From: an uncultured Gammaproteobacteria bacterium
GTDB taxonomy: Bacteria; Pseudomonadota; Gammaproteobacteria; Burkholderiales; Usitatibacteraceae
Assembly: GCA_963783635.1 (NCBI GenBank)
Contig: CAWAOC010000002.1
Coordinates: forward strand, 28,920-92,919
DNA: 64,000 nucleotides
Direction of reading: 5' to 3'
The notes below the pieces were generated by a model, which did no database searches, was not told where the DNA came from, and saw only the letters and a list, made by a program, of their open reading frames with translations. Each line of letters begins with the position of its first letter. The stretch's first letter is position 1. Of this stretch, positions 42,106-50,774 are shown in pieces. The position numbers and the translations under genes were made by a program.

Positions 42106-44320
42106 CTAACCGGCGGGCGGCTCTTCCCTGGGCAGCGGGGGCGGCGTGGACGGCGGCGCAGGCGCGGCGGGCGCCGGCGGCGGCGCCGGCTGCATCACGG
42201 GCTCGACCTTGGGCCGCGGCGCCGGGGCCGGCTCGGGCACTTTCGTCTTGCGGAAGAGCCACCAGCCGAACAGCCCCAGGAGGGCCACCGGCGCGAGCGC
42301 GGGCGACAGGGCGATCAGGACGACCACCGGGATGAAGATCGCCAGCGCCAGGAAGAGCCAGCCCAGGCCGTAGACGATCGCGGCCAGGATGCCCAGCACG
42401 AGCACGATGGCGGCGAAGGCGATCACGATCCCCGCGGCGCCGAGGAGCGCCCCGCCCGGGCCCGTGAGCGTCTCCGAGCCCACCTGCACCGGCATGGCGC
42501 CCGTGAGCACGGCGAAGACGCGCGAGGCCGGCCAGCACGGCGGCCACCACCACCAGGGCCACGAAGGTGAACGACAGGCGTCTTCCGCCAGGTGCGCTCG
42601 GCCTTGCCGACCACGGCGATCACCTTGCCGGCCCGCGTCTTCGGCTCGGCCGGCTGGGCGGGCGCGGCATCGGCGGCGAAGGCGCCCGTGCCGACCGGCG
42701 GCATCGCGGCCGGCGGCTTGAGTCCCTCCAGCGGCGCCTCGATGGTGGCGATGACGCCCGTGGGCGAGTTCGACTCCAGCGTGAGCTTCGCCTTCTCGCC
42801 GTAGAGCGCGACCAGCCGCTCGCGGATGTTGGCGAGCCCCACGCCCGCGCCGACGGTGTCGCCGAAGCCCGCGGCCGGTGTCCGACACCGTGAGGCGCAG
42901 CTTCCCGTCCTGCGCCTGCGCGGAGATGAGCACGGCGCCGCCCTCGCGCTGCGGCTCCAGGCCGTGCTTGATGGCGTTCTCGACGAGCGAGGGCAGCATG
43001 AGCGGCGGGAAGGGCGTGGCCAGCAGGCTCTCGGGCACGGAGATCTCGAAGGAGAGCCGCTTGCCCATGCGCATCTGCAGGATGTTGAGGTAGGCGCGCA
43101 CCAGCTCGACCTCCTGCCCGACGGTCGAGATCGACTCGCGCATCTTCGGCAGCGCGTTGCGCAGGTACTGGATGAGGTGGCCCACCATCGTGTGGGCCCG
43201 CGCCGGGTCCACCTCGGTGAGCGCCTGCACGTTGGCGAGCGTGTTGTAGAGGAAGTGCGGCTCCACCTGCGCCTGGAGGGCCTGCAGCTTCGCCTCCGTC
43301 ACCTGCTGGCTCATGCGGTGGTACTCGGCCTCCTTCCTCTTCAGGTCGGCCATGCGCTGGGCGGCGCGCGAGCGGTCGATGAAGAACTTCGCGATGGCGG
43401 TGAGGATGAAGAGCGGGATGAAGATCAGCACGAGGGCCGCGCCGATGCCGATCTTCTTCAGGTCCCCGCTCACGTTCTGGCGGATCTGCGCGCGCAGCTC
43501 CGGCGGCAGCGGCGCCACCACCACGCCGCCGGGACCCCCGATGTGGACGCCGCCGATGGCGGGCGGGGTGGGCGGCTCCGGCGGCTTCGGCGACGCGCCC
43601 TTGGTCGCGTCGTCGAGGTCGATCGTGATGGAGCCGCTCGGCCCCTTGCCGCCGGAGCCGAACTTGAGCACTTCGACGCGCGGCTTCTCGCCGGGCGCCG
43701 GTCTTGCGGGATCGATGTCGACCAGCGCGCGGTCCTTGCCGGGGCCCACGTCGATGACGATCCGCTTGGGCGCCCTGGCTCGCTGCCGGTCCCTGGCGAG
43801 CGCCTTCTTCGCCTCCTCCTCGGCCTCCTTGGCCGACTTGAGCGACTGCTCGAGCGCCTCCCTCACCTTCGTGTTCTCGACGCCGGCGTCCTTGAGCGCC
43901 TCCTCGGCGCTGCGGCGGGCCTCCTCGATGGCCGTGGCGGCATCGCGGGCCGCCTCCCGCGCCGTGTCGACCGCCTCGCGCTTGGCCCGGAGGACCTCGC
44001 GGCCGGCGTCGCGCAGTTCCGCGCGGGCGCTGTCGAGCTCCTCGAGGGCGCGGTCGAGCTCCTCGCGGCGGGCCGGGTCGGAGGTGGCCCCGCGCATGGC
44101 GAGGATCGTGCTCCTGCGCGATGTCCATGGCCCCTTCGGCGAAGGTGTTGTCGATCTCGCGCTTGATGGCCTTGTTCTCGTCCGGCGTCGCGCCTTCCTT
44201 CCGGTACTCGATGAGGTGGAAGGGGGTCACGAAGACGGCGAGCGCGATCACGACGGCGAAGCCGCCGAAGACGAGGCCCCACCAGGGCGTGCGGTGGATG
44301 AAGTCGGAAAGGGGTTTCAT
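42106..44320 (-). pseudogene. LytS/YehU-type sensor histidine kinase (HK1) with atypical N- and C-terminal regions; at least 3-5 frame breaks
   Basis: Motifs are QVEPHFLYNTLANV (His_kinase PF06580 type), LVENAIKHG and GVGLANIRERL. One N-terminal TM is followed by about 200 residues of charged coiled-coil-like sequence and a second TM. A hydrophobic, Pro-rich tail follows the ATPase domain. Confidence 0.8.
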
Positions 44321-44371
44321 GGATTCGGGGATCGCGGCGCCCCCGGAAGATACCCGGAAGGGCGCCAATGG

Positions 44372-44482
44372 TCAGTAGTCTTCGAGCATCGCCACGGCGG
44401 CGATGGCCACCGACAGCATCAGCACGCCGTAGAAGACGAACAGCGAGGAAAGCGACGGTGCGAGCGACTGGATGAACGACAT
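44372..44482 (-). CDS. 36-codon hydrophobic ORF (MSFIQSLAPSLSSLFVFYGVLMLSVAIAAVAMLEDY)
   Basis: The ATG is preceded by CAGGGAGCC. One predicted TM. It lies 51 bp upstream of HK1 and downstream of the repeat-containing promoter-like region. No homology is known to me. Confidence 0.4.
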   Translation of the reverse strand: MSFIQSLAPSLSSLFVFYGVLMLSVAIAAVAMLEDY

Positions 44483-44532
44483 GGTCCGGCTCCCTGTGGT
44501 CTTTGGGCCCCTCCGGGGGGCTCGATGGAGCC

Positions 44533-44604
44533 AGATTAGGGGGGTGCCGGGGCCGGGGCGACGGGCAGGCGCCGAAATGCAGGAAACGGGGGGCGAAATG
44601 CAGG
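44533..44604 (-). promoter_or_regulatory. Promoter-like region: CCTGCATTTCG-N10-CCTGCATTTCG-N34-TAATCT (minus strand)
   Basis: Plus-strand repeats are at 44594..44604 and 44573..44583, with the -10 at 44533..44538. The repeats have 21-bp phasing. There is no good -35, consistent with activator dependence. Confidence 0.55.
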
Positions 44605-44635
44605 CGGCGGGGACGGCCGGCATTGAAGCCCGAGC

Positions 44636-45422
44636 CTACATCTGCTTGAACAGGTGGGTGAAGTTGCGGGAGACGATGAGCGTCTCCCGGTGGCCCTTGA
44701 GGGCGATCTCGGCCTGGTCCTTGAGCCCCCGGCGGACGGAGGCGATGTGGTCCACGTTCACGATGGTGGCGCGGTGGACCTGCCAGAACTTCTCGGGGTC
44801 GAGCTCGTCGAGGAGCTCCTTGATGGGCTTGCGGATGAGCGTCTCGGCCTCGCACGTCACCACCCGCGTGTACTTCTCGTCGGACTGGAAGAAGAGGATC
44901 TCCTCGACGGGGATGAGGCGCACGCTCTGCCCCACGCTCGCCTTGATCCAGCGCAGGTGGTCGCCGTTGCGCGCGGCGCGAGGCGGCTCGCCAGGCGCTC
45001 GACCAGGTCGTCCATGGCCGGCGGGGCGCCGGAGAGCCGCTCCCGCAGCCGCTCGACCGTGGTCGCCAGGCGCTCCTCGTTGAAGGGCTTCAGGACGTAG
45101 TCGATGGCCCCCTGCTCGAAGGCCTCGACCGCGTACTGGTCGAAGGCGGTCACGAAGACGACGTGCGCGCGCTTGCCGACCACGCGCGCGGCCTCCAGGC
45201 CGTTCACGCCGGGCATGTGGATGTCGAGGAAGAAGAGGCTCGGGGCGTGCGTCGCGACCACCTGCTCGATGTCGCGGCCGTTCTCCATCTCGTGGACGAT
45301 GGCGAGCTCGGGCCAGAGCCGGGCCAGCCGCGCGCGCAGCTGCGCCCTCAGCAGGGGTTCGTCGTCGGCGATGACGGCGCTTGCGCGACCACGATCCGCG
45401 GTGACGGCGTCGGCGTTCCCAT
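44636..45422 (-). pseudogene. LytTR-family response regulator (RR2); about 2 frame breaks
   Basis: VIADDEPLLRAQL...FLDIHMPGVNG...VFVTAFDQYA, then RWIKASVGQSVRLIPVEEILFFQSDEKYTRVVT...FWQVHRATIVN. Confidence 0.8.
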
Positions 45423-45434
45423 GGGGCGGCAGTA

Positions 45435-46537
45435 TCAGGCACACGCGCTCGCAACGGAAGATGCCGGCGCCGGCGCGCCAGCCGGGGCGGGGACGTCCAC
45501 CTCGATCGTCGCCACCACGCCGCGCGGCACGTTCTCCTCGATCACGAGGCGGGCGCCCGTCCCGTAGAGGGCCTTCAGGCGCTCGCGGATGTTCGTGAGG
45601 CCCACCCCGGTGCCCTTCTTCGGCGAGATGCCCTCGCCCGTGTCCGCCACCGACAGGCGCAGGCGCCCGCCCTCCTCCCGCGGCGCGGATGGTGATCGTG
45701 CCCGCCTCGCAGCAGGGATCGACGCCGTGGATCACCGCGTTCTCGACGAGGGTGATGAGCATCATGGGCGGGAACGGCCGGCAGCGCAGGTCCTCGGGGA
45801 CGTCGAGCACGTAGTCGAGCCGCGAGCCCATGCGCATGCGGTGGATGTCGAGGAAGGCCTTCGACATGTCGATCTCGCGGCCGACGGTGGTGGAGTCCTC
45901 CCGCATGCGCGGCAGCGCCGCGCGCAGGTACTGGATGAGGCTTTCCAGCATGCGCGAGGCCGAGGCCGGATCGGTCTCGACGAGGTGCTGGACGTTCGCG
46001 AGCGTGTTGAACAGGAAGTGCGGCTCCACCTGCGCCTGCATGAGGGCGAGCTGGGCCTGCAGGACGTTCTTCTCGAGCTGCGCGCGCTCGGCCTGGGCGC
46101 GGGCGAGCTCCGCCGCGCTGGCGCGATTGCCGCTCGCGGAAGACGTAGACCCACACGGCCATGCACCCGAAGCCGATGCCCAGCCCCATGGTGATGAGCA
46201 CGCCGTAGTAGCGCTCGGTGAACATCGTCGCGATGTCGCGGCCCTTCACCACGCCGGCGAGCATCGTGCCGAGGAAGGAGCCCACGACGATCGAGGCGAC
46301 CTGGATCGCCCAGCGCGGCAGGCGCTGGCCGCGCAGGTTCGTGGCGACGGTGAAGAGGACCATGCTGGTGTAGCCCACGCACAGGGCGCTCACGAGCAGG
46401 TCGAGGTAGGTGTTGGCGAAGAACCAGACGATGGCCGCCGCCGCCCAGACGCACAGGACCGTGACCAGCAGCACGCGCCTGGGCGTGAGTCCCTCGAGGA
46501 GGTAGGCGTAGCGGTTCACGGCGGCCGGGGAGGACAT
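45435..46537 (-). pseudogene. LytS-type sensor histidine kinase (HK2), about 4 N-terminal TM segments; about 2 frame breaks
   Basis: QVEPHFLFNTLANVQHL, LVENAVIHG and GVGLTNIRERLKALYG are present. It ends 12 bp upstream of RR2. Confidence 0.8.
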
Positions 46538-46848
46538 GAAGTCGCCGGAAGGGTATCAGTTGCCGGCGGTGCTGACGCGGTCGCGCGGCTTCCAGCGGCC
46601 GGCGATGCCCGGGCGGGAGGCGGTGAAGAACTGCGCCGGCCTTTGCGACACCGGGCGGAGCGGTTCCGGGGTCCCGAGGCGGGCGATCCAGGGTGCGGGC
46701 AGGGGGCGGGTGGGTCGGTTCATGGGCGGGCTCTCTGGATTCGAAGGCTACGCGGGGCGATTCGCCGAAACCACCGTCCTGCGACGAAACGCGCCGGCGG
46801 GGGATCGGAATGCGCCGGGACAGGGCATTTGGGGAGGGTCAGGCTTTC

Positions 46849-46874
46849 GGGGACGTGTCCGCGAACACGTCCCC
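46849..46874. repeat. REP-B copy 3 (GGGGACGTGTCCGCGAACACGTCCCC, 1 mismatch)
   Basis: Read directly. It is intergenic. Confidence 0.8.
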
Positions 46875-46900
46875 AAAAAAGACCCGGCCGAAGCCGGGCA
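46875..46900 (-). terminator. Rho-independent terminator CCCGGC-TTCG-GCCGGG + TCTTTTTT (minus strand)
   Basis: Canonical GC stem, tetraloop and T6 tract, 27 bp downstream of the small ORF stop at 46927. Confidence 0.65.
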
Positions 46901-46926
46901 GGGGGATCGAACTACTTGGGGAGAAT

Positions 46927-47055
46927 TCAGGCGCCGACGACCATGGCGCCGACGGTGACCGCGAAGGTGAGCGCAAACCAACCGGCGATGACCGCCGTGA
47001 TCGCCGTGGAAACCCGGAAGGCGCGTGGCGGAACGACCCGGTCGAGGGTGGCCAT
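46927..47055 (-). CDS. 42-codon hydrophobic ORF (MATLDRVVPPRAFRVSTAITAVIAGWFALTFAVTVGAMVVGA)
   Basis: The ATG is preceded by AAGGGGGAC. One predicted TM. A terminator follows. Confidence 0.35.
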   Translation of the reverse strand: MATLDRVVPPRAFRVSTAITAVIAGWFALTFAVTVGAMVVGA

Positions 47056-47065
47056 GGCGTCCCCC

Positions 47066-47358
47066 TTACGGGCGGAAGGCGAAGGGCAGCGCGACTTCGA
47101 GCGACGGGCCGCCGGTCGAGCCGGACCGCGGCGGTGCGGGTCGACCGGGCGGGGCTGCCCGCGTTGCCGTTTTCGGCGGTCACGGTGAGCTTCATGGCGC
47201 CATCGTTCGAGAGGGTCACGGCGTTTCCGTGCGCTGCGCTCGCGGGCCGGCTTCGCGATGGCTTCGTGCGTGGTCACCATCCAGCCCACCAGCAGGGCGG
47301 CGGTGACGGCGGCCAGCGACGAAACACCGATCAGGTCCAGCTTCTCGACTTTGCTCAT
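47066..47358 (-). pseudogene. Small signal-anchored hypothetical protein (about 97 codons if two frame breaks are bridged)
   Basis: The ATG at 47358 is preceded by GAGGGAGAG. The translation is MSKVEKLDLIGVSSLAAVTAALLVGWMVTTHEAIAKPA, then HGNAVTLSNDGAMKLTVTAENGNAG, with a possible end ...GGPSLEVALPFAFRP* at 47066. The reconstruction is speculative. Confidence 0.3.
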
Positions 47359-47411
47359 GGCGACTCTCCCTCTACGGCTCGGCACCCGGCGGGTGCGTTC
47401 GACTTGCCGCC

Positions 47412-47482
47412 AGATTAAGGAGGCGCGAGGGGGGCCTGAAGCGGAAAGCGACGAAATGCGGAAAAGGAGGGGCGAAACGCCG
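47412..47482 (-). promoter_or_regulatory. Paralogous promoter-like region: CGGCGTTTCG-N11-CCGCATTTCG-N34-TAATCT (minus strand)
   Basis: Plus-strand repeats are at 47473..47482 and 47452..47461, with the -10 at 47412..47417. Phasing (21 bp) and repeat-to-minus-10 distance (34 bp) are the same as at 44533..44604. Both regions share CCAGATTA(A/G)GG. Confidence 0.5.
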
Positions 47483-47518
47483 CCGGACGGGGGGTATGCG
47501 GAATCCCGGCCGCGGAAA

Positions 47519-48968
47519 TCAGGCCCCGGCGTGGGTGCCGTGCCGGGCGTCCTTCACCAGCTGCGGGGCGTAGGACCCCACGGCGATCCCGATGGCGGAG
47601 GCCGCGAGCCCGACGATCTGGGGCGGGATCTCGGCGTCCGCGAAGAACTTCTCGCAGATGCCCCAGACCACCAGGCCCACCACCGAGGAGACGAGCGCGC
47701 CCTGGGTGGAGGCGCGGTGCCAGTAGATGCCGCAGACGAGCGGCACGAAGGCCCCCACCAGCGTCACCTTGTAGGCGTTCTGCACCATCTCGTACATGGT
47801 GCTCGTGTTGTTGAGCGCGAACACGAGCACGCCCGCGGTGAAGAAGACGAGCACCGTGCGCAGCATCACCAGGAAGCGCTTGTCGCTCATGTTGCCGAAG
47901 AGCGGCTTCACCACGTTCTCGGTGAAGAGCGCCGTGGGCGCCAGGAGCGCGCCCGAGGCCGTGGACAGGATCGCCGACAGCAGCGCCCCGAAGAACATCA
48001 CCTGCGCGAAGATCGGCGTATGGGCGAGGACGAGGTTGGGCAGGATGAGCTGCACCTCCCGCCCTTCCGTCTTGAGGAGCGGCTCGACCATCTTCGGGTC
48101 GACGAGGAGGGCCGCGTAGGCGAGGAAGATCGGCACGAAGGCGAAGCAGAAGTACGCCGCCGCCCCCAGGAGCGAGCCCTTGATCGCGGTCTTCTCGTTC
48201 TTGGCGCTCGTCACGCGCTGGAAGACGTCCTGCTGCGGGATCGAGCCCACGGCCATCGTGACCCAGGCCGCGACGAACGCCCACCACTCCTTGCTCCCGC
48301 CCGTCGGCCAGAACTGGAACTTGCCGGCGGCGGAGGCGTGCGAGACCACCGTCCCGAACCCGCCCGCCATGCCCGAGACGAGCACCGCCACGTAGATGAG
48401 GCCCACCACGATGACCACCGACTGGAAGAGGTCCGTCAGCGCCACCGACCACATGCCGCCGAAGGTGGTGTAGACGAGGACGATCACCGCGCCGATGAGG
48501 ATGCCCTGGTCGAGGCGAGATGGCGCCCTGCGAGAGGGAGTTGAAGACGATGCCCAGCGCCGTGAGCTGGGCCGAGGTCCACCCGAGGTAGGAAAGGGTC
48601 ACCGCGAGGCTCGTGAGGACCTCCACCCCCTTGCCGTAGCGCTTCTTGTAGAAGTCGCCGATGGTGAGGAGGTCCATGCGGTAGAACGCGCGGGCGAAGA
48701 AGAGCGCCACGAAGACGAGGCAGAAGCTCGCCCCGAACGGGTCCGCCGGGATGCCGCCCAGGCCGTCCTTCACGAAGGTCGCCGAGACGGAGAGCACCGT
48801 CTCCGCCCCGAACCAGGTGGCGAAGACCGTCGCCGTGTTCATGTACAGCGGCAGGCCGCGGCCGGCCACCAGGTAGTCCTTGGAGTTCGAGACGAACTTC
48901 GCCGCGTACAGGCCGATGGCGATGGTGACGACGAGGTAGGCGAGCGTGAAGAAGACGAGCGTGGTCAT
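47519..48968 (-). pseudogene. Sodium:solute symporter (SSS) family transporter; 1 frame break near 48510
   Basis: MTTLVFFTLAYLVVTIAIGLYAAKFVSNSKDYLVAGRGLP...TWFGAETVL continues in ORF 47519..48487. Confidence 0.85.
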
Positions 48969-49087
48969 GGCGGGGCGGCCCGGAAGGATTGCGCGCGAGT
49001 CTAGCAAAAACGATGTTGCACCGCAGTAACCGTCCGTACGTACCCGGTACAGGTCACCTGCGTCCCCAAATGGTACGGTTCCCGACC

Positions 49088-49906
49088 TTACTTGATCCCC
49101 GCCTGCATGAACGACTGCATGAACTGGCGCTGGAAGAGGAGGAAGGCGACGAGCAGCGGCGAGACCGCCATGAGCGTCCCCGCGCTGATCACCGCCCAGT
49201 CGACGCCGGATTCGGGCGCGCCGAAGATCGCGAGGCCGACGGTGAGCGGGCGCGTGTTCACGGAGTTGGTGATGATGAGCGGCCACAGGAAGTTGTTCCA
49301 GTGGTAGCTCACGGAGACGAGCGCGTAGGCGAGGTAGGTCGGCCGCGCGAGCGGGACGTAGACCCGCCACAGGACGCCCATCATCGAGCAGCCCTCGACG
49401 CGCGCCGCCTCCTCGAGCTCGCGCGGGATCGTCTTGAAGGTCTGGCGCATGAGGAAGATGCCGAAGGCGCTCGCCATGTACGGGAGTCCTATGCCGAGGA
49501 TGGTGTCCACGAGGCCCAGCCTCGCCATGGTGAGGTAGTTCTCCACGATCAGCACCTCGGGCATCACCATCAGCTGCACGAGCACCAGCCCGAAGGCGAC
49601 GTTGCGCCCGGCGAAATCGAAGCGCGCGAAGGCGAAGCCCGCCAGCGTGCACAGCACGAGCTGCGCGGCGAGGACCATCGTCACGAGGATGAGGGTGTTC
49701 AGGAAATGGCGCGGGAACGGCGCGTAGGTCCACGCCTTGCGGAAGTTGTCGAGCGTGAGCGGCCCGAAGGGGTCGAAGTGCGTGGCCATCGCCGCCGAGT
49801 GGAACGCCGCCCAGAACGCGTAGGCGAGCGGCGCGATCCAGAGGATGGCGAGGAGCCAGGCCGCGGCCGTCTCCAGGAGCGGGAGCTGCCTGGCCAGCGA
49901 CCCTCA
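49088..49906 (-). pseudogene. CUT1-type ABC sugar transporter permease (MalG/UgpE-like); frame break within the first codons
   Basis: ORF 49088..49789 contains the EAA loop (ELEEAARVEGCSMMGVLWRVYVPLARP). The N-terminal TM (LARQLPLLETAAAWLLAILWIAPLAYAFW) is in another frame after the ATG at 49906. Confidence 0.85.
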
Positions 49907-50767
49907 TCGGTAGTGCACCCGCTTCTCGATCAGCTGGAACTGCACGATCGCCATGGCCGCCAGCATCGCCAGCAGCACCACCGTGAGCGTCGAGGCGTAG
50001 GACGTCTCGAAGAAGCTGAACGCCACCTGGTAGATGTAGTAGAGGAGCAGGTTCGACGCGTTGTCCGGGCCGCCCTTGGTGAGGATGAAGAGGTGGTCCA
50101 CGAGCTTGAACGAGTTGATGGTCGCGTTCACCAGCACGAAGAGCGTCGTGGGCATGAGGAGCGGGAACGTCACGCGGCGGAAGTAGTACCAGCGCGAGGC
50201 GCCCTCGATCTTCGCCGCCTCCTCGAGCTCCGGCGACAGCGACTGCAGCGCGGCGAGGTAGAAGATCATGAAGAAGCCCGCCTCCTTCCACACCGTCATC
50301 ACGGCGAGGCAGCCCATCACCGTGTTCGGGTCGCCGAGCCAGTTGTGGCTGGGCATCCCGAAGATCGCGGTGACCTTGTCGATGAGGCCGATCTGGGGCG
50401 TGTAGAAGAAGAGCCACAGGTTCGCCACCGCGACCATCGGCAGGATGGTCGGCGTGAAGTAGCTCATGCGCACGAGCGCGCGCGCCGGCAGCTTGTCGTT
50501 CACCCAGATCGCCATGAGGAGGGCCAGCGCGATCGAGGTCGGGATCGTGCCGAGCGCGAAGGCGAGGTTGTTGCGCAGGACCTGCCAGAAGATCGGGTCG
50601 TCGGCCAGCAGCGCGTAGTTCGCGAGGCCGACGAACCGGGACGGCCGCACCACCGTGCCGGTGGAAAAGAAGCTGTCGATCAGCGTCGCGACAGCGGGGT
50701 AGTGCGTGAAGCCGATGAGCAGGATGGCTGCCGGGGTCAGCAGCAGCCATCCATACACATTCCTCAT
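49904..50767 (-). CDS. CUT1-type ABC sugar transporter permease (MalF/UgpA-like)
   Basis: Intact 287-codon ORF with the EAA loop ELEEAAKIEGASRWYYFRRVTFPLL. Confidence 0.9.
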   Translation of the reverse strand: MRNVYGWLLLTPAAILLIGFTHYPAVATLIDSFFSTGTVVRPSRFVGLANYALLADDPIFWQVLRNNLAFALGTIPTSIALALLMAIWVNDKLPARALVRMSYFTPTILPMVAVANLWLFFYTPQIGLIDKVTAIFGMPSHNWLGDPNTVMGCLAVMTVWKEAGFFMIFYLAALQSLSPELEEAAKIEGASRWYYFRRVTFPLLMPTTLFVLVNATINSFKLVDHLFILTKGGPDNASNLLLYYIYQVAFSFFETSYASTLTVVLLAMLAAMAIVQFQLIEKRVHYR

Positions 50768-50774
50768 CGGGCGG

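Noticed and set aside
46556-46723. 55-codon minus-strand ORF (MNRPTRPLPAPWIARLGTPEPLRPVSQRPAQFF...) between the terminator and HK2
   Set aside because: It is Arg/Pro-rich, has a weak ribosome-binding site and no recognisable features. It is probably non-coding leader of HK2.
48969-49087. Sigma54-type promoter (GGTGCAAC...TTGCT) upstream of the SSS transporter
   Set aside because: The GG-to-GC spacing is 14-17 nt by my count instead of 12, so it does not fit the -24/-12 consensus.
47415-50750. 1111-codon minus-strand ORF
   Set aside because: It is a composite. It contains the true N-terminus of the SSS transporter and otherwise reads the ABC permease genes in a wrong frame (Arg/Gly/Pro-rich).
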